From positions 1-64,000 of the forward strand of contig KZ538221.1 of the NCBI GenBank assembly GCA_000934665.2: DNA of 64,000 nucleotides, given 5' to 3'. Under the pieces are notes generated by a model that was not told where the DNA came from, did not search any database, and worked only from the letters and a program-made list of their open reading frames with translations. This document shows, one piece after another, positions 12,961 through 28,034 of the stretch. A program made the translations under genes and the position numbers. The stretch is from Catajapyx aquilonaris (taxonomy: Eukaryota). The first letter of the stretch is position 1; every line of letters begins with the position of its first letter.

Positions 12961-14739
12961 AAATTGCGCAAAATCATTTTCTGACCTGCTTTATCAGGTT
13001 TAAACCCGATTTGAAACCCACCATATCGTTCGAACCCAACCAGGACGTCCTAATTACGACATGTCCGGGTTACCTCATATTTGGCAGCTTCACCGGAAGT
13101 GCGGAGTCGCAAAGTGTGCCAGGAAATGAAAGTTGGAGAAGTGGAAATAATTTAACGTTTTCCTTACGAACCTAAGGAAGTTGGCATAAAATGGGATCAA
13201 CAATGATTCCCTGTTGAGGTTTAGCTGATCCCAGAATCAAAGTTGATCATCCTTGATCTTTCAGTATTTTGCAGCGAATCATGTGCAACCCTTTGCCAAC
13301 ACTGGAATCCTTCTGGCTCTTTTCCTTGAAGCCTTGATCCGATTCTTTGATCGGCATCCATCCTGAGGGGTAAGGCCACGCACTTTCTTCCAAGAAAACG
13401 TTTTCCTAATGACCCTGTCGTCCCAAGTGGCAGCTTGGGAAGTGGAAACCGATATTTTCCAGGTTCTAGGCCCCCACGTTCCGCAAAAACTGCTGCCAAA
13501 AATGGCCCAAGTCTGAAGAGGAAGAAAAAAGAAACGTTCCAAAAACTTTATTACTTCCAAGCAGATTTTTCTTTCAAGGGCTGGGACCGGTTCTAAAACC
13601 CTCAGGAAGATCCGGGTTTAATGGGGTGATCATATCTTGGTAAAGTGACTGACAGATTCTCATATCCTCGTGTTTTATTTTCCTTCCAGCCAAGTCCTGA
13701 GCAGGTGATAGGTATGCTGTCCGTCTTGTGGTGTGACAGGGGACACCCAGCGGTTTTTTGGCAAGATATGCAGGGTGTGTGCTTTGGTTTGAAACCGGTT
13801 GGAAGGATTTTTCAGCTGACTACGGAATACATTTTAAAAGTAGCCAAAAAGTATCATATTAGTGTGAAGCAATGTCACCCACGTTGGGCGCCATTGTGAC
13901 GACTCAACTACCTCTGAAATAATAATAAGATGATCCTGAGATCATATCCTGATCCGTGGATCAGTTTTCATTAATATAATTAGGTCATCCACATATTTAA
14001 ACATTAGTAACAATCCCCAAATGATCTTGACCTGATCCTATGGTGTCCATTATTGCGGAAAGGATCAAAAGGTAATCATCTCCACACAATAAACGCTGAT
14101 CCTATGGATTTAACTGCCTTAAAAATACCGGGGTTAACAAATTTAACTGCCATTTGCACAAACGGCAGTAAAAGAGTGGTCATAAAAATATTCCGGCCTC
14201 TAATTTGCCCAGGTCATTAGGACTAATTGGCAACAATGGGGTCAGAAACATTCGGTTTAATTTGACCAGCGCGTTTTTTTCTTCAATAATGTCATTTAAA
14301 AAAAATCGTAGTTCCAACCTTTCATCTCCGGCTTGACACGCTCCAACAAGCTAATTCCAACCCTTGATATGATCAAGTTACGCATTAAAAACTGGTATTA
14401 AAAACTCCCTTTTTTGACATAGCAACATTTCCTTATCAAGCCACCCGATCCCGGTTAATTTGGGTCCAAAAATTGTCATCTCCAAAAGATTAATAACCGG
14501 AACCAAATCCTCAAAGCAAGATCAATCAATATAGCAAAAAAAAACCCTTCCACATTTACTAAAAAACTGGTTTTTATGGAGCAACGAAATTACGAGGAGC
14601 GTTACACAACCTAATGAATAAAAGCCTTGAGGGTACCGTACTCGGAATTACATTTTACCTGGGCTTGTGATCAAAGAAAGGTAAACCTATCCACCCACAA
14701 AAACTGTCGGTTTATCCGGCTTTTGCGAGGCTTCTAAAA

Positions 14740-15600
14740 TCAGTTTCAAAATTTTCGCAAAATTCGCGATATTTGACATTTTTTTTGTAAAAATTCGTAA
14801 CATTAAAATGTCTACAAAATTCCCGAAAATATAATTTGTGCATACTCGCGAAATTAAAATATCGCAAAAATCGCTAATTAAATTTAGCACAAATTCGCGA
14901 AATTGCAATTTTGCAATTTTCTGGAAATTAAATGTCTAGAAAGTCCCAGAAAATATGTATTTTTGACTCATAAAATACATATTTTCTGGGACTTTCTAGA
15001 CATTTGCTCTTTTAGCGACATTTTAATATCGCAAATATTGAATATTTGCGATATTAAAACGTCGCTAAAAGAGCAAAATTAATTTCTGCAAAAAGTGTCA
15101 AAATAAAATTTTGCAATCTTTCAAACTTGAATGAAATTAACAGAAATTAGATTTTTAGAAAGCAGCAGGAAATATATTATACGAATAATCACGAAATTAA
15201 AATGTCGCGAAAATAGCAACATTAATTTATGATAATTGATAAGTGTCAAAATCAAATTCGCAAAATCTTTCAAAATTAAATCACATTAACTGAAATTAAA
15301 TTTTTAGAACGCGCCAGAATAAATATTTTACAAATATTTGCGAAATTAACGTCATAAAAATACGGTAGCAAAATTAATACCACAAAAATTGTCAACTTCG
15401 CAAAAACAGTTCAAATTTTGAATTAATTTTAAAGCCAAAATACCTGCACTTCATTGCTTACATAGTGACAAGGACACAGCTTGTTTATAAAAAGCTGCCA
15501 AAATTCGCAAAAAAATTCGATATCAGATTTCACTCATCTTTTGAACAAGTTTGTAGCGAAAAAGTTTGCCAATTAGCGAAAAAATGCGGCATTGTTTTGA
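14740..15600. repeat. CGCAAAA/GAAATTAA degenerate array containing twin hairpins
   Basis: Recurrent motifs; palindromes at 14930-15005 and 15003-15077. Confidence 0.8.
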
Positions 15601-16069
15601 CTTCTTTATTAGCGAGAAACAACATATGTTTCTGCAAAAACTTTGAACAAAAATGAGATAGAGTTTTGCCACAATATTTGCAAAGAAAATAAACCAATAT
15701 TACTCTCTCCGTCATACGTGTGTCATTGTTATTCTCTCTATAAATTATAATGTAATGAATATTCATTATGCATTTATGGCAAAAGTTCATATATCAAATT
15801 AAGTTATAGGCGAATCACATATTCGCAGAATGTTATGAGTCAGAGCAGCGTTCTTCTTGGAGGTAAGAACGTCAAGAATGCGAAACTGGAATTCGCACAA
15901 CTCTAGTGGATGTTCGCTATCTGGTGTAACCCTCTAAGTCTATTTTGGTGCTGCGTGTGTTGAACTCACTCTATACGCAACGTAAGAAAGCTCTATTATG
16001 CAAAAATAACTATTATTAGTATCATATTAATATTGGTAAAAATCTGATAGCCCTTAAAACACGGGCGCA

Positions 16070-16720
16070 TGAACGATATCAATAATATTGACATTATAAC
16101 ATTGAATGTCCATAACATCGATGTGTGTGATGTCAAATATCGATAATAATATCGACGATGTAGATTGTCGGTAATAGCTTTGATGGTATAAAATATCGAT
16201 AATAGCAAAGATCGATAGAATAAATATCGATAATAGCACAGATCGATAGAGTAAATATCGATAATAGCAAAGATCGATAGAATAAATATCGATAACAGAA
16301 TAAATTAATATCGGTGATATCTATCATCGATGATAGCAAAATACACCGCTGATATCAAATATTGCTTATAATAGCGATGGTATATAATATCGACAATAGC
16401 AAATAGCGATGATATATAACATCGATGATATCGATTATATACAATATTGAATATCTACTACAAAAAGCCAGCTCAAATGGCACTTGGAAACGCTTCTCCC
16501 CGGAGAGAAACCTTTTTCCTTCCATATTTTCAGGACACGGCCTGGCCTACAGGGAGCCTATTATATCGATAATTAATAGCCTACCATTGAAGATATTATC
16601 TAATATACATAATAGCAAATATCGATAGAATAATTTGATTTCTAACATCGATGATAGCAAAACATATATACGAATCCTGTAAAATATACTGATGATATCG
16701 ATAATTAAAATAGCGATATC
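16070..16720. repeat. ATCGATAATAGC array
   Basis: Repeated AATATCGATAATAGCAAA units. Confidence 0.85.
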
Positions 16721-17799
16721 GGTCATAAACAGCAGTGGATGTTGACAACCAAAAGCCAGCTCAAATATCATTTGGAAACGCTTCTCTCCGGAAAGACACA
16801 CTTCTTCTTCCGTTATAGACGAGGCCTAAGTTTCTATCCTAGGTTTTCCACATAGAGAGGCGAAGAGTGTTTTTTGAAGTAGAGAACTAGGGATGAAAAG
16901 ATGTGTCAGAAGCTCCTATGGTGGCCTCTACAAGCTTCTCCCTTGGCCAGAAAATGATATCACCGCGGGATGGAAACAAGACACTGCTCTTGACATGCTC
17001 TGCTGGCTGGAAAGAAGAGGGTAGAAGTGGTAGTAGAAGGTAAAAAATGACGTTATTGTCACGAAAAAAGCGATACTATCGTCCAATGTTGGCTTGACCG
17101 TGAAGCTTGTTCGCAACATTACGGTAGGTAGTCTCGTAAATAAATGAACCAATCACATGTCCTAATTTGCATACGTAAATTTTTCATTTTTGAAAGGCCT
17201 GATGAGAACGTGCGTACGTGAAGATGGCCCGGTTTTTGAACGTTAAAAAAAACTGGTATCCAATTTGCAGTCCTTGCATCACGCTCTTGAGCCTGATACA
17301 TATTTACGACTAGTTATTTCCAGTCGCGCAGTTTTTCCAAGCGAATCGATTGCATCGGTAGAGTCGGCCATATTTCCGTTAGCTGTGACAGGAATGACAA
17401 AATCAGCGACACGGCCGTTCATCGTTTGATGAAAACGTCCATCCGCCACAGTGCTCCCCTCACAAAATGCCACAGTGCCCCCCTCACAAATTTTTTTTTA
17501 TTTAAAAAAAATAAAATAGATGGCGCGCAAAGACGCATGAAAGTTCTGAGATAACGGACGATCCTATAATCTATATGCAAATCAGAGAAAAAAACGGTTT
17601 TGTGGAGTTTGGCAGCTGGACCTATGAAAACAATGGTTGCCAAGAGTGCGAGGTGGTGTTTGTTCTGGCAAAAAGTGGTGGAGGATAGTACCGGCAACAA
17701 TTGATCATGAGTTGTAGCTAACGGTACGTAATGTCAAAGCTCTCACATACATATAGTCCACCGCCCGACTTACCTCGGACAGAGTCACGACCGAATAAT

Positions 17800-18360
17800 A
17801 GAAAATATCGATGATATCGAATGTCAATAATAGCAATATCGATGATATCGAATGTCAATAATAGCAATGTCGATGATATCGAATATTCATGATAGCAAAT
17901 GGCCATTATAAAGAATGTTTATAATAGCATATTTCGATGATATCGAATATTCATGATAGCAAATGGCCATTATAAAGAATGTTTATAATAGCATATTTCG
18001 ATGATATCGAATATTCTTGATTGTAAATATCGATTATATCGAATGTTTATCATAGCATATATTGATGGTGTCGAATGTAGACAATATAGAACATCGAGAA
18101 CAAATGTCTGTGATATCGAATATTCTTGAAAATAGCAAATATCGGTTATATCAAGTATTTATAATAGAAAAAATCGGAGATATATATATTTTCGACAATA
18201 TCGACCATCAAGAACAAATGTAGATGATCGAATATTGGTGGTATCTAACACCGATGATATCGATTGTTCATAGTAGCGACTAAACATCAAGAACAAAATG
18301 TCGATGATCGAATATTGGTGGTATCAAACATCGATGACGTCGAATATCGATAATATCAAT
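17800..18360. repeat. TCGATGATATCGAAT array
   Basis: Repeated motif, with a near-exact tandem duplication of about 64 bp at about 17870-17997. Confidence 0.85.
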
Positions 18361-19439
18361 ATTATACATGTGATCTAAAATTGATCCTGCAGATCACTAT
18401 CCAGTCGATAGTATAATTGATAATCTGCCCTTTTCATTGGGCCAGTTCACATGTAACCTGGGCGTCCAGCATCCAACAGCCTTGCAAAATCTGGGCCAGC
18501 GCAAAGCGTCCGGTGATTGAGCATTCTCCCGGGACACTTCCCCGCCATTAGAAACTTGGAGAACTGCGTGTGAGGCTGTAAAGTGAGCCGCCTTCTCCCC
18601 TCTTCCCCTATCCTCCTGTCCCCACCTATACCCTTCCAACCTCCTGACACGAGCTCGTTAGCTCGTTCTAGAAAATTATACGTGCAAGGAAAATCCCGGG
18701 GTCGCACTCGTGTCAGGGTGCGACCGCTGTAATGGTTGGGTACACTGATTGGAGCGGATCAAGGACAGCGCCTCTAACGGGATGCGTCGGTTTGAGGACG
18801 ATATGGGGTAGTTATAGTATCGATACCAGACAGGAGATTGCCACGATCGATTGATATGGCGCAGATTGTGCGAAACTATAGTGATAGCTAGTATCGATAA
18901 TCCGGGACTAGATGGTACCACGATCGATACGTATCTTTGAAACTATATTTTGCATATTGATACAGATATCGTGTGTGAAACTATACTGGTAGTCGGTATC
19001 GATACGGAACCCATGAGAAAATCCACAAGCAGGCACGTGAAATATATCGATATATTGGTCAATACAATCGATATTGTCATGGGCAGTACAATTTACCGAT
19101 ATAAATCGATATGTCGTATCGCAATCCTCTATAATTATGCATATTTTACCTTCCCATTTTTGAAAGTGATATTTAATTATTTATGCCAGATCTATTGTCC
19201 ATATGGTAATACTGATATGTCCCGGTGCAATAAGCTAAAGGTGTGACATGTTTTGAATATGGATATGGAAACTTAATGACGCAAAGGTGAGCGCCCAAAC
19301 TTTATACGAACAACACATCGATGATCGACCAAGTGTGGACAATTTAATGGACACCATACAGTCGATATGATATCGACAATAGTAAATCAAGCTGACATCG
19401 ATATGAGCGATTGCTCTGGTATCGATAAGAACCAATCTG

Positions 19440-20200
19440 ACAGATACCCAGAGTAGTAATTAAATCTGGTATTGATAGCAGCAATTCCTTCTGATACTGC
19501 TAATAGCAAATAATTATACTTAATATCGATAAAAGCAAATCGATCTGGATATTTATTATTTAATAAAGCAAATTAGACAAATTAAATTATTAATCTACCT
19601 GATATCGAGGTAGTAATTCTGTATGGTATCAATAGTACGACCGTAAATCAGTTTTATATTGATAGTATGGTAATAATTCAATATGAAATTGATAGTAATA
19701 ATTCAATCTGGTATCGATAGTAGTACAGTAATTCAATCTGGTATCGATAGTAGTACAGTAATTCAATCTGGTATCGATAGTAGTACAGTAATTCAATCTG
19801 GTATCGATAGTAGTACAGTAATTCAATCTGGTATCGATAGTAGTACAGTAATTCAATCTGGTATTGATAATAGTAACATGATATCGATAAAATCAAAACG
19901 ATCTAGACCAGAATAAATTATTAATCTACCTGATATCGATAGTAGTAATTCCATCTGGTATTGATAGTAGTAATTCCAAGTTCCATCAGGTATTGATAGT
20001 AATAATTCCATTTGGTATCGATAGTAGCACAGTAATTCAATCTGATATAGATACTAGTACAGTAATTCAATCTGGTATTGATAATAGTAACATGATATCG
20101 ATAAAATCAAAACTATCTAGACCAGAATTATTAATCTACCTGATATCAATAGTAGAAATTCCATCTGGTATCGATAGTAGTAACCCCACCGGATATCGAC
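19440..20200. repeat. 30-bp minisatellite ATTCAATCTGGTATCGATAGTAGTACAGTA (5 perfect copies at 19701-19850) with degenerate flanks
   Basis: Exact periodicity; the repeat ORFs here are read-throughs. Confidence 0.93.
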
Positions 20201-20899
20201 GACAGTCGTAGAATTTCGCGTGTGGTACTCGTACTGAGTATTGCATATCTTCAAATAGCTATACCGATCGTCTGGTAGGATCGATCGGTAGATACGTTTT
20301 TTTCCGTAAAGCAGAGGCCTAAGTTGTCCCCTTTCTGGTCTGAAGACGCTAGAAAACTCAGTGAGGATGAGACGGTGTTGAAGAAGCGAAACCACGCCTT
20401 TCCCATTCCTCGCCTCTCTCTGGCCAATAAATTAACTCGTTTGACACCGGCAAGGGGAGCGATGGGCCTTGCAACCAACTAGAGATCACGTTCCGGAGAA
20501 AGGCCCCTTTGCTGCAAAATGCAGTCCCATAGAAACGCCTATAGGCACTGAATAACTGCCCGACTCAGCTAAAAAGCCAGAGAGAGACACACAAAAAATA
20601 GTCCTTCGATAGTATCGATCCTGTGGGGGTTGGATTTCAATTGTCGCCAAGCAGATCGTTGCGGGTTCCACATAATTAGTGGTTTGTCCGGAGGAATTGA
20701 TCTAGTCATTTCATTTGCGGGGATGTCGTGTTAGACCATCGTTTGCTATCACGGGAGCCAAATCACACCTGGGGAATGCCCCAGCTCTTTCAAATAGCCG
20801 GGAGTCTAATTCGTGTCGATACCGTCCGACTGTGTATGGGGTATTCACATGGGACGTCGCGGAATAGCATATTCCAGGCCGAGGAATATTCATGACTCA

Positions 20900-21870
20900 T
20901 AAAGAAATTATATGTGGTTCATACTATCGCTCAAAATAGTCTTATCGTGGATATCTCATGATATTATTGGCCAAATATTCGAGATATCTACCATAAAGTG
21001 ACTTTTTGCCGATACTATAACTCAAGGGTTTTCTTTGGCTAAGGATACTACCGTACAGATATTAATAACACTTTCTCAAGAAAACTTCTAATATTTGGTA
21101 GACACTATCGCTCAAAAATTTCATTGTTCTAGAATACTGTCCAACCAAGAGTCAAGATACTTTATGACAATATATTTCTATTGGGTCCATAGCACTGTTC
21201 AAAATCCGGTAGTTGATCGATATTATTGCTCAAAAAACCTGTCTTTCGTCCAAGTCGCTACCGTGCAAATATTTATTACACTTTCCATTTAAAAAAGTTT
21301 TCATATTAGGTGGATACTAGTGCTTAGTTTTCCATTGGCCCAGAATAATATGCGGAATAGGCACGATACGTATCATTAAAATGATTCCATTTGGTCGATA
21401 ATACTGCTAAAAATCGGATAGTTAGTCGATAGCATTGCTAATATCGGGTAGTTTCGCTGCTCAGTATACCACCGTGCACATATTCTTTCCAATACTTAGT
21501 AGTTACCATCGTTCAAAAATTATCCTCGTTGCCAGTGTAGTGTCCCAGATGCTATCGGCCATACAATCCTGACACTATGTGGTCGATAGTATATTTCTCC
21601 CTTGCTCAGTTTCACGACTCAGAATACCACCGTGCAAATATAATTTCTGACTCTTATGCTAGTCGATACTATCGCTCCAGAATTTTCTTCCTTGCTCGAA
21701 CAAGTATACCACCGTTCAGAAATATCTACCTCCATGCTCACACACACGTTAGTCGATACTATCGCCCTATAATTTCCCTCATTGCAAGTTCAATGACCCA
21801 GAATATTATATGCCAAATAATATGTGGTCGATAGTATCACATTTCCCCCCTCGCTGTCGATACACATCTA
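20900..21870. repeat. GATACTATCG degenerate array
   Basis: Recurrent GTCGATACTATCGCTC and TACCACCGTGC motifs. Confidence 0.7.
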
Positions 21871-22629
21871 GTGTTCCTACACCCAAACTTGTCACATGTC
21901 TACCCCCCATCAAAGTATCGCATATCCTTAAACATTTCCGCTCCCCTAGTCGCAGTGTCAACCTCATTAGCAAAGCGAGCAACAATTAGAGGGCTCCAAT
22001 TACCTTTGTTTAAACACTCGTTTTTTATAGACTCTCTGCACCTGATATTATTCACAAAATCTCACTCTCTCTCTCGACCTGTCACACAAATGTCAAGCCA
22101 TGTCTGACGTTAAAAGCGTCCAGGTGAAAAGTGCTTTTTAGGAGATGGCGTTGTTTTAACAGCTGCTTTTTTTGCCTTCTAGGCTCCATCTCTCGGTAGA
22201 AAAAAACGTAAAAAAAAGCGTGAGTTCATCAAGAGCTCTTCTAAAAACACACTAATTGGAGCCATATTTGCGTGCATTTTTTTTGTGAGAATTTTTAGCG
22301 AGAATTTTCAACCCTCAGCGATTGGATGGGGCTAAGAGGAAGGCCTTTTCAATTGGAGGAATTAGCGCCTTTGCAGTGTGAAGTTTGAGCATGTTTTTTA
22401 TATATATAAGTCAGTTTTTTTTGCAGAAAATTAAAAACCGGTTGGTTAGCCGGTTGGAATTAATTGGTGTCGTAATTTACTCGGTACTTAGTACGTTAGA
22501 CTGGAGGAGATTTAATTCAAGCGTGAAAATTTCGTGGTTGGCTCAGCAGATGGGGGTTTCTGTGCTTTTTGGGAGGGCTTTTGAGTAGATATTTCACGGT
22601 TTGGAATAATTATAAGGTGTTTTAATTTA

Positions 22630-23790
22630 GGTTTTTAGTGATTTCTGAAAGAATTGAATTTCAATAAAATATTATATTTTATCATAAATACTCTTCATGA
22701 TTTAAAAATTGAACATTTTATTAATTTATTTGACCATTCAGTTTTATTTATTATATATTAACAACTGTATGCGCTCTATTTATATCTGTTTTATTTAATT
22801 TCTGTTCTAATTTTATTTATTTACCTATTAATTTAGTAGTTCAATTTACATATTTATTTGTACTGATTAATATATTTTCTATATTATTTTAGAGTACATT
22901 CATAACTTATTGCTTATTTTATTTAATTCACATTCATATTTATTTATTTAATTCATTCATATTTATTTATTTAATTCATTCATATTTATTTATTTAATTC
23001 ATTAATATTTATTTAATTCATTAATATTTATTTAATTCATTATTTATTTATTTAATTCATTATTTATTTATTTAATTCATTAATATTTTTATTTATTCAC
23101 TAGCAGGTTACCCGGCGTTGCCCGGGTAAGTTATGGTGGTAGGCCTACAATGTAATGAGGGCATTACCATGGAAATCTATGAATATTGTTAAATAGGTAA
23201 TTGGCAATTGGTTAATTGGGAATATGCGTGTTATGGGTGTTAGGTTCATTTTCGGAAGCTGAAACATGCGGCATTAAATTCCTTGAAAAATGTAACTCCC
23301 GATATGCTAATTTAAGGCGGTGTAGGGGCCTTCCCCCGGATTTCTATAAGGGACAAACAAACAAACAAATTGACAAACTGACAAACTTCCTTATTTATAG
23401 AGATAGAGATTTTATTTACATTCATATTTTTATTTATTTATTTTTATTGATGCATTTGTATATTTATTTTTATTGATGCATTTGTATATTTATTTTTATT
23501 TATGCATTTGTATATTTATTTTTATTTATGCATTTGTATATTTATTTTTATTTATTCAATGTATAAGATATTTGTTTGGTTATTTGATGTTTGTTTAATT
23601 ATTCATTTGATGTAAGTTTACGGTTATTTATTTACTGTTTTATTTTTCTTTATTTATACAATTTATTCATACAGTTATACTTATTGCTTGTTTAAATCGA
23701 TTTAAATTTATTTCTTATTTATTTGTATTGACTTACTTTCTCTGTATTTATTTATTCATTTATTTGTTTGTTTATTTATTTCCAGGAACA
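22630..23790. repeat. AT-rich (ATTT) low-complexity tract hosting a Helitron
   Basis: ATTTATTT runs and short tandem units. Confidence 0.85.
23100..23409 (-). mobile_element. Non-autonomous Helitron
   Basis: On -: starts TC, carries a (TTTG)n microsatellite, has a GC-rich hairpin CCCGG-GCAACG-CCGGG just before the terminal CTAG, and sits between host A and T with no TSD. Confidence 0.85.
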
Positions 23791-24879
23791 ACTAATACTA
23801 AAAATTACCTCGCAACACATAAAAGTGGGGGCCTGCTGCAGTAATAATCCAAACATCCAAAAAATGGCGACATTTTTGTTGACCTAATTCGTAAAAATAT
23901 GAACCCATGCAGTCGATGAAATTGGGGCCAGCGATTGTTGTCTACCAACTGCTAACCCTCTCCCTATACCCCCCCCCNGTCAGGGATTAATGTGACAGCT
24001 TCCGTTTCCAAAAGGCCAAGGGGGGGAATAAATAAGCGAAAACGATTTCCAGAAAATTTTTACCCGCAAAAAGGGGAAGAGCTGAGGGAATATTTTATTC
24101 CCTCAGGACAGCAGCAGCCAGTATGTTTCTGGCGGTTTTAAGAAACAGGATGACATTACTTAACATTTTCAAAAAAAAAAAAAAAATACGCTACAAAAAT
24201 CATCTCTGTATATATGATTTTTTTGTCGCCATTTTGTCGCGAATAAACTCGCATTTATTATAATAAATGTAATTTTTCATAGCATCCATTTTGGATCCAA
24301 GTCTATCGATTCGCACAACAATTGATCCTTAAAACCAGCTTTTTTTGGGACCATACCTACTTCCAGTTTGATCCTTCAGAAGTTGCTAAATCTGCTGTCA
24401 ATCTACATCAACCGAATTTTTTTTGCCGAATTCTGGAAAAAAAAGGGGGGCCCAAAAATTTGGGTCGAAATTGAAGGGGTGGGTTGCTGGCATGTGTCAG
24501 AAGGTGTTATAGTCGTGCTATGAGAGAGTGGATTGGGCCCTCATAATTGTTTATCTAGTTTCTAGTGTGAGTCCCTGCGAAATGTTGGGGAGAGTTCAAG
24601 TGCTTGCAAAGTACTATTTTTGCAACGAGTGGTAGGTCTGGTTTGAACTATGGCACTATAAGGGTTGGTCATTGTGATGAATTTTTTTTCTCCAACACAT
24701 TGTTACTGTAAAGTTGTAATTATGCTAATTTGCACATAACAGAGGATGAAACATGAGCAGAAATAATATATCCTGCACTCACATCACATTATAACTGTAA
24801 CAGACACGTACTAAAATTTTATCCAACAATTTAAATTAAATTATGCAAAATACGAGGGCTAATAGCAGCAAAAATTATA

Positions 24880-25700
24880 CATTTAAAAGTTAAATATACG
24901 GTTCATTAGTTAAATTTACCGTTGATTAGTTTCAAATTTTTTGCAATATATTAGTTAAAATTTAACTAATAAATTTTAACTGCTAAATGGTACAAAATTA
25001 GCTAATACACTTTAACTGCTAAATGGCACAAAATTAGCTAATAAATTTTAACTGATAAATGGCGCAAAATTAGCTAATAAATGTTAATTGATAAATTGCA
25101 CAAAATAGGGTAATAAATTTTAACGCATAAATTGCAAATATTTAACTAGTCAACGGTTGCATTTAACTGATAAACTGTAAATTACATTACACATATTATT
25201 TTAGCTATTATATTATTTAAGCAAATGATGTATTATTTCAACTGACACATTATTTTAGCTAGTAGTATTTATTAATTCGGCTAATAACATTTATAATTTT
25301 ATGTAATAGCTAATTATAATGGTTAATAATGTATTATATTAGCTAGCAACATTGATTGCTTTAGAGTTTAGATAATACAGTAGTATTAATTATTTCAGCC
25401 AGTAATATTAGTTTAGCAGTTTAGCTAATAGCATTTACTATTTCAGATAGTAACATTCATTGTTTTAGCTAACAGCATTTATAATTTTAGATAGAAACAT
25501 TCATCGGTTAAGCTAATAGCATTTATCTTTTCAGATTAGTAACATTGTTTTAGCTAATAGCCTTTATCATTTTAGATAGTAACATTCATTGTTTTAGCTA
25601 ATAGCCTTTATCATTTTAGATAGTAACATTCATTGTTTTAGCTTATAATATTTATTAGTTTAGCTAATAAAGTTAATATTATTTTAACAAATGTTTAGCT
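24880..25700. repeat. TTAGCTAATA AT-rich degenerate array
   Basis: Recurrent AGCTAATA and TTTAACT motifs. Confidence 0.8.
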
Positions 25701-26714
25701 AAATCGCCCTGCACCGGCTTCATTGTGCCTGCTTTCGTGTCTATTATTTTTCATGACATATAATGTCACATATTTTATATAAGGGCACCAAGATTTTAAG
25801 CACGCACTTAACATATTAAATATTAAACTAGTCCGCTTTCACCACAAATGCATACACCGTAAATACCACTCAAATTTAATAAAAACACAGTTAGCCACAC
25901 TGCCCCCAACATTGCTGTCAGCTCTAAAACCAGTTCCAAAAAAATTGAATCTCCTAAACACGCTTCAAGGTAACCCCTTCTCAAAAATAACAGTTTGTCT
26001 CTCACTAACCATCAAATTTTTTTGTCGAAAAAAACTACCCCCAATCTTAATATACCCATCAATTTCCATGGGTTCTAACACCCATGATTTACAACATTTT
26101 TACACCACTTTTTCCTTGAGGGTAACTTTAAGCTCTCTAGGACCCCCCTCAAAAAATATATAACTGGTTTGTGTAACAGTGAAAATATTATCCTCCAATT
26201 ACCCGGAGCGGAAGAAGAGTTAGAAAGATTTGTGGTTGTTTGGAAGGTCCAGTCCATCCCCGGCGTGACTTTATTGGTCGTAACTAACCCTCGAAGCTGT
26301 TGGCCACAAGAGGTCATTCGGACTATACCCCAAATAACTCAGCCCAACAATGGCTGACCGTTTATTGGGGGGACCAAAATGGGTTTGTTTGCATGGAATC
26401 GCCCAGAGATGGCACTGATGTAAAATTAAGTCGACTTAACCTTACATTTTTCAGATGGCGATTTGTCGTGTTCCCTTTTGCCGCCACAGGTGAATAGGGT
26501 CTGCCAGGGTTTGGCCTCTCCCAAGTTGCCATTGTTCGTCCAAAATGGGGCCCCATTGATAGGTGGACAATAGAGCTATCAATGGTAGCCCCCGCGTCGA
26601 ACTGGGTCGAAAACTTTCAGATCTGGCTCTTGCTGAATGATGTTGTGACATTATTCAGGTCCCTATAGCATTGTGTCTCACACATATGGCAAAGTAAGCG
26701 TTAATAATTAATCT

Positions 26715-27285
26715 GGACCAAAAATGGCTCATATCAATAATTGTGTGTCGGCATTTTTCAGTACACAGTAATTTTGGATCAAAAATGGCGTCAAAACAAT
26801 CATGACATCTGGACCAAAAAAGGCGACGACCATTTAGAATTGTGTGCCGCCATTTTTCCAGTCGTCAGTAATCTTGGACCAAAAATGGCGTCGGAATATT
26901 CATATACCAAAAATGATGACTCGCATCAAGAAATTTGTGCCGCCATGTTTCAAGTAGTCAGTAATTTTGGACTAAAATTGTAGTAGGAATATTCAGAGAC
27001 AAAAAAATGGCGGCGCCCACCATTAATAGTGCCGAAATTTCTCAAGTACTCAGCAAGTTTGGGATCAAAAATGGCGTCGGAATATTCCATGACATCTGGT
27101 CCAAAAAGTGACGAAGCCCATCAAGAATTGTGCCGCCATTTTTCGGTAGTCTACTCATCAGTAATTTCGGACCAAAAATGGCGTCGGAATATCCATAGAC
27201 CAAAAATGGCGACGCCCATCAAGATTTGTGTGCCGCAATTTTTCGGTACTCCAGCAATTTTGGACCAAAAATGGCGTCGGAACAT
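26715..27285. repeat. GGACCAAAAATGGCG degenerate satellite
   Basis: More than 10 copies of CCAAAAATGGCG-like motifs. Confidence 0.88.
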
Positions 27286-27446
27286 ACATAGTATACCGGT
27301 CTTCCCCTACCACCCGCACCATATATCTACCCCAACTGGACCCCTGGAGCGAGGGACTTGATAAATACGAAGTATCTTAAATATAAGTTAGTAGCTGTTA
27401 GCTTGCTGTTAGTCATTACTCCCCTTCAATCCTAGAGCCTTATTGG

Positions 27447-27595
27447 TGCAATTGACTCCGGATTAACAGAATCGGCTATAACAGACTTTGTTATAACAGA
27501 CTCGAACGGACTTCCATATGTGGCTTTTGTATTCGGCTATAACGCAGTGATTTCCACGGTCCATTGAAATCTGTTATATCTAGAGTCACCGGTAT
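27447..27595. mobile_element. Degenerate pogo/Tc1-like MITE
   Basis: Imperfect TIR TGACTCCGGATTAACAGA / TCTGTTATATCTAGAGTCA and repeated TATAACAG subterminal motifs. Confidence 0.45.
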
Positions 27596-28034
27596 AATAC
27601 TCATGGGCGCCGCCATTTTTGGTCCATTAATATTCTGACGCCATTTGATCCAAAAATTACTGTGCACTTGAAATAGGGCACACGCGATTGGCTCCCATCA
27701 TAAATAAACGTTTGTTAATTACAGAGATTTCGATCTGAAATAGGGTGACACTTCGCTTACTAGATGGCGTCACGTCCGCATCAATTTCCACCCTCGCATA
27801 ATAGAGTCCAGGGGGGAGGGGGAGGCAAAATCCCAGCGGTTTTTCTCCCCCCCCCCCCCNCCCCCCCCCCCATCCTAGTCCCTGATATATCTATTGTGAA
27901 GGCTAGAAGTGCATGATGCTGGATAACCCCCATCAATCTCATGGGTCCCCAACCGCTGCTCAGTGTCAGAGTTCACAATAGGCCAACCCAATGGCCTCCT
28001 CGCTTTTCCGCTTCAAAGTTTGTTCAGACTCCAC

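Noticed and set aside
17718..17906. Strong phase-1 donor GAG|gtaagt on - near 17775 as an upstream Dpr exon
   Set aside because: The upstream sequence is the ATCGAT array, with no acceptor or credible coding signal.
20335..20400. Hammerhead-like CTGAAGA...CGAAAC
   Set aside because: No stem III or stem I complement and no correctly placed cleavage triplet.
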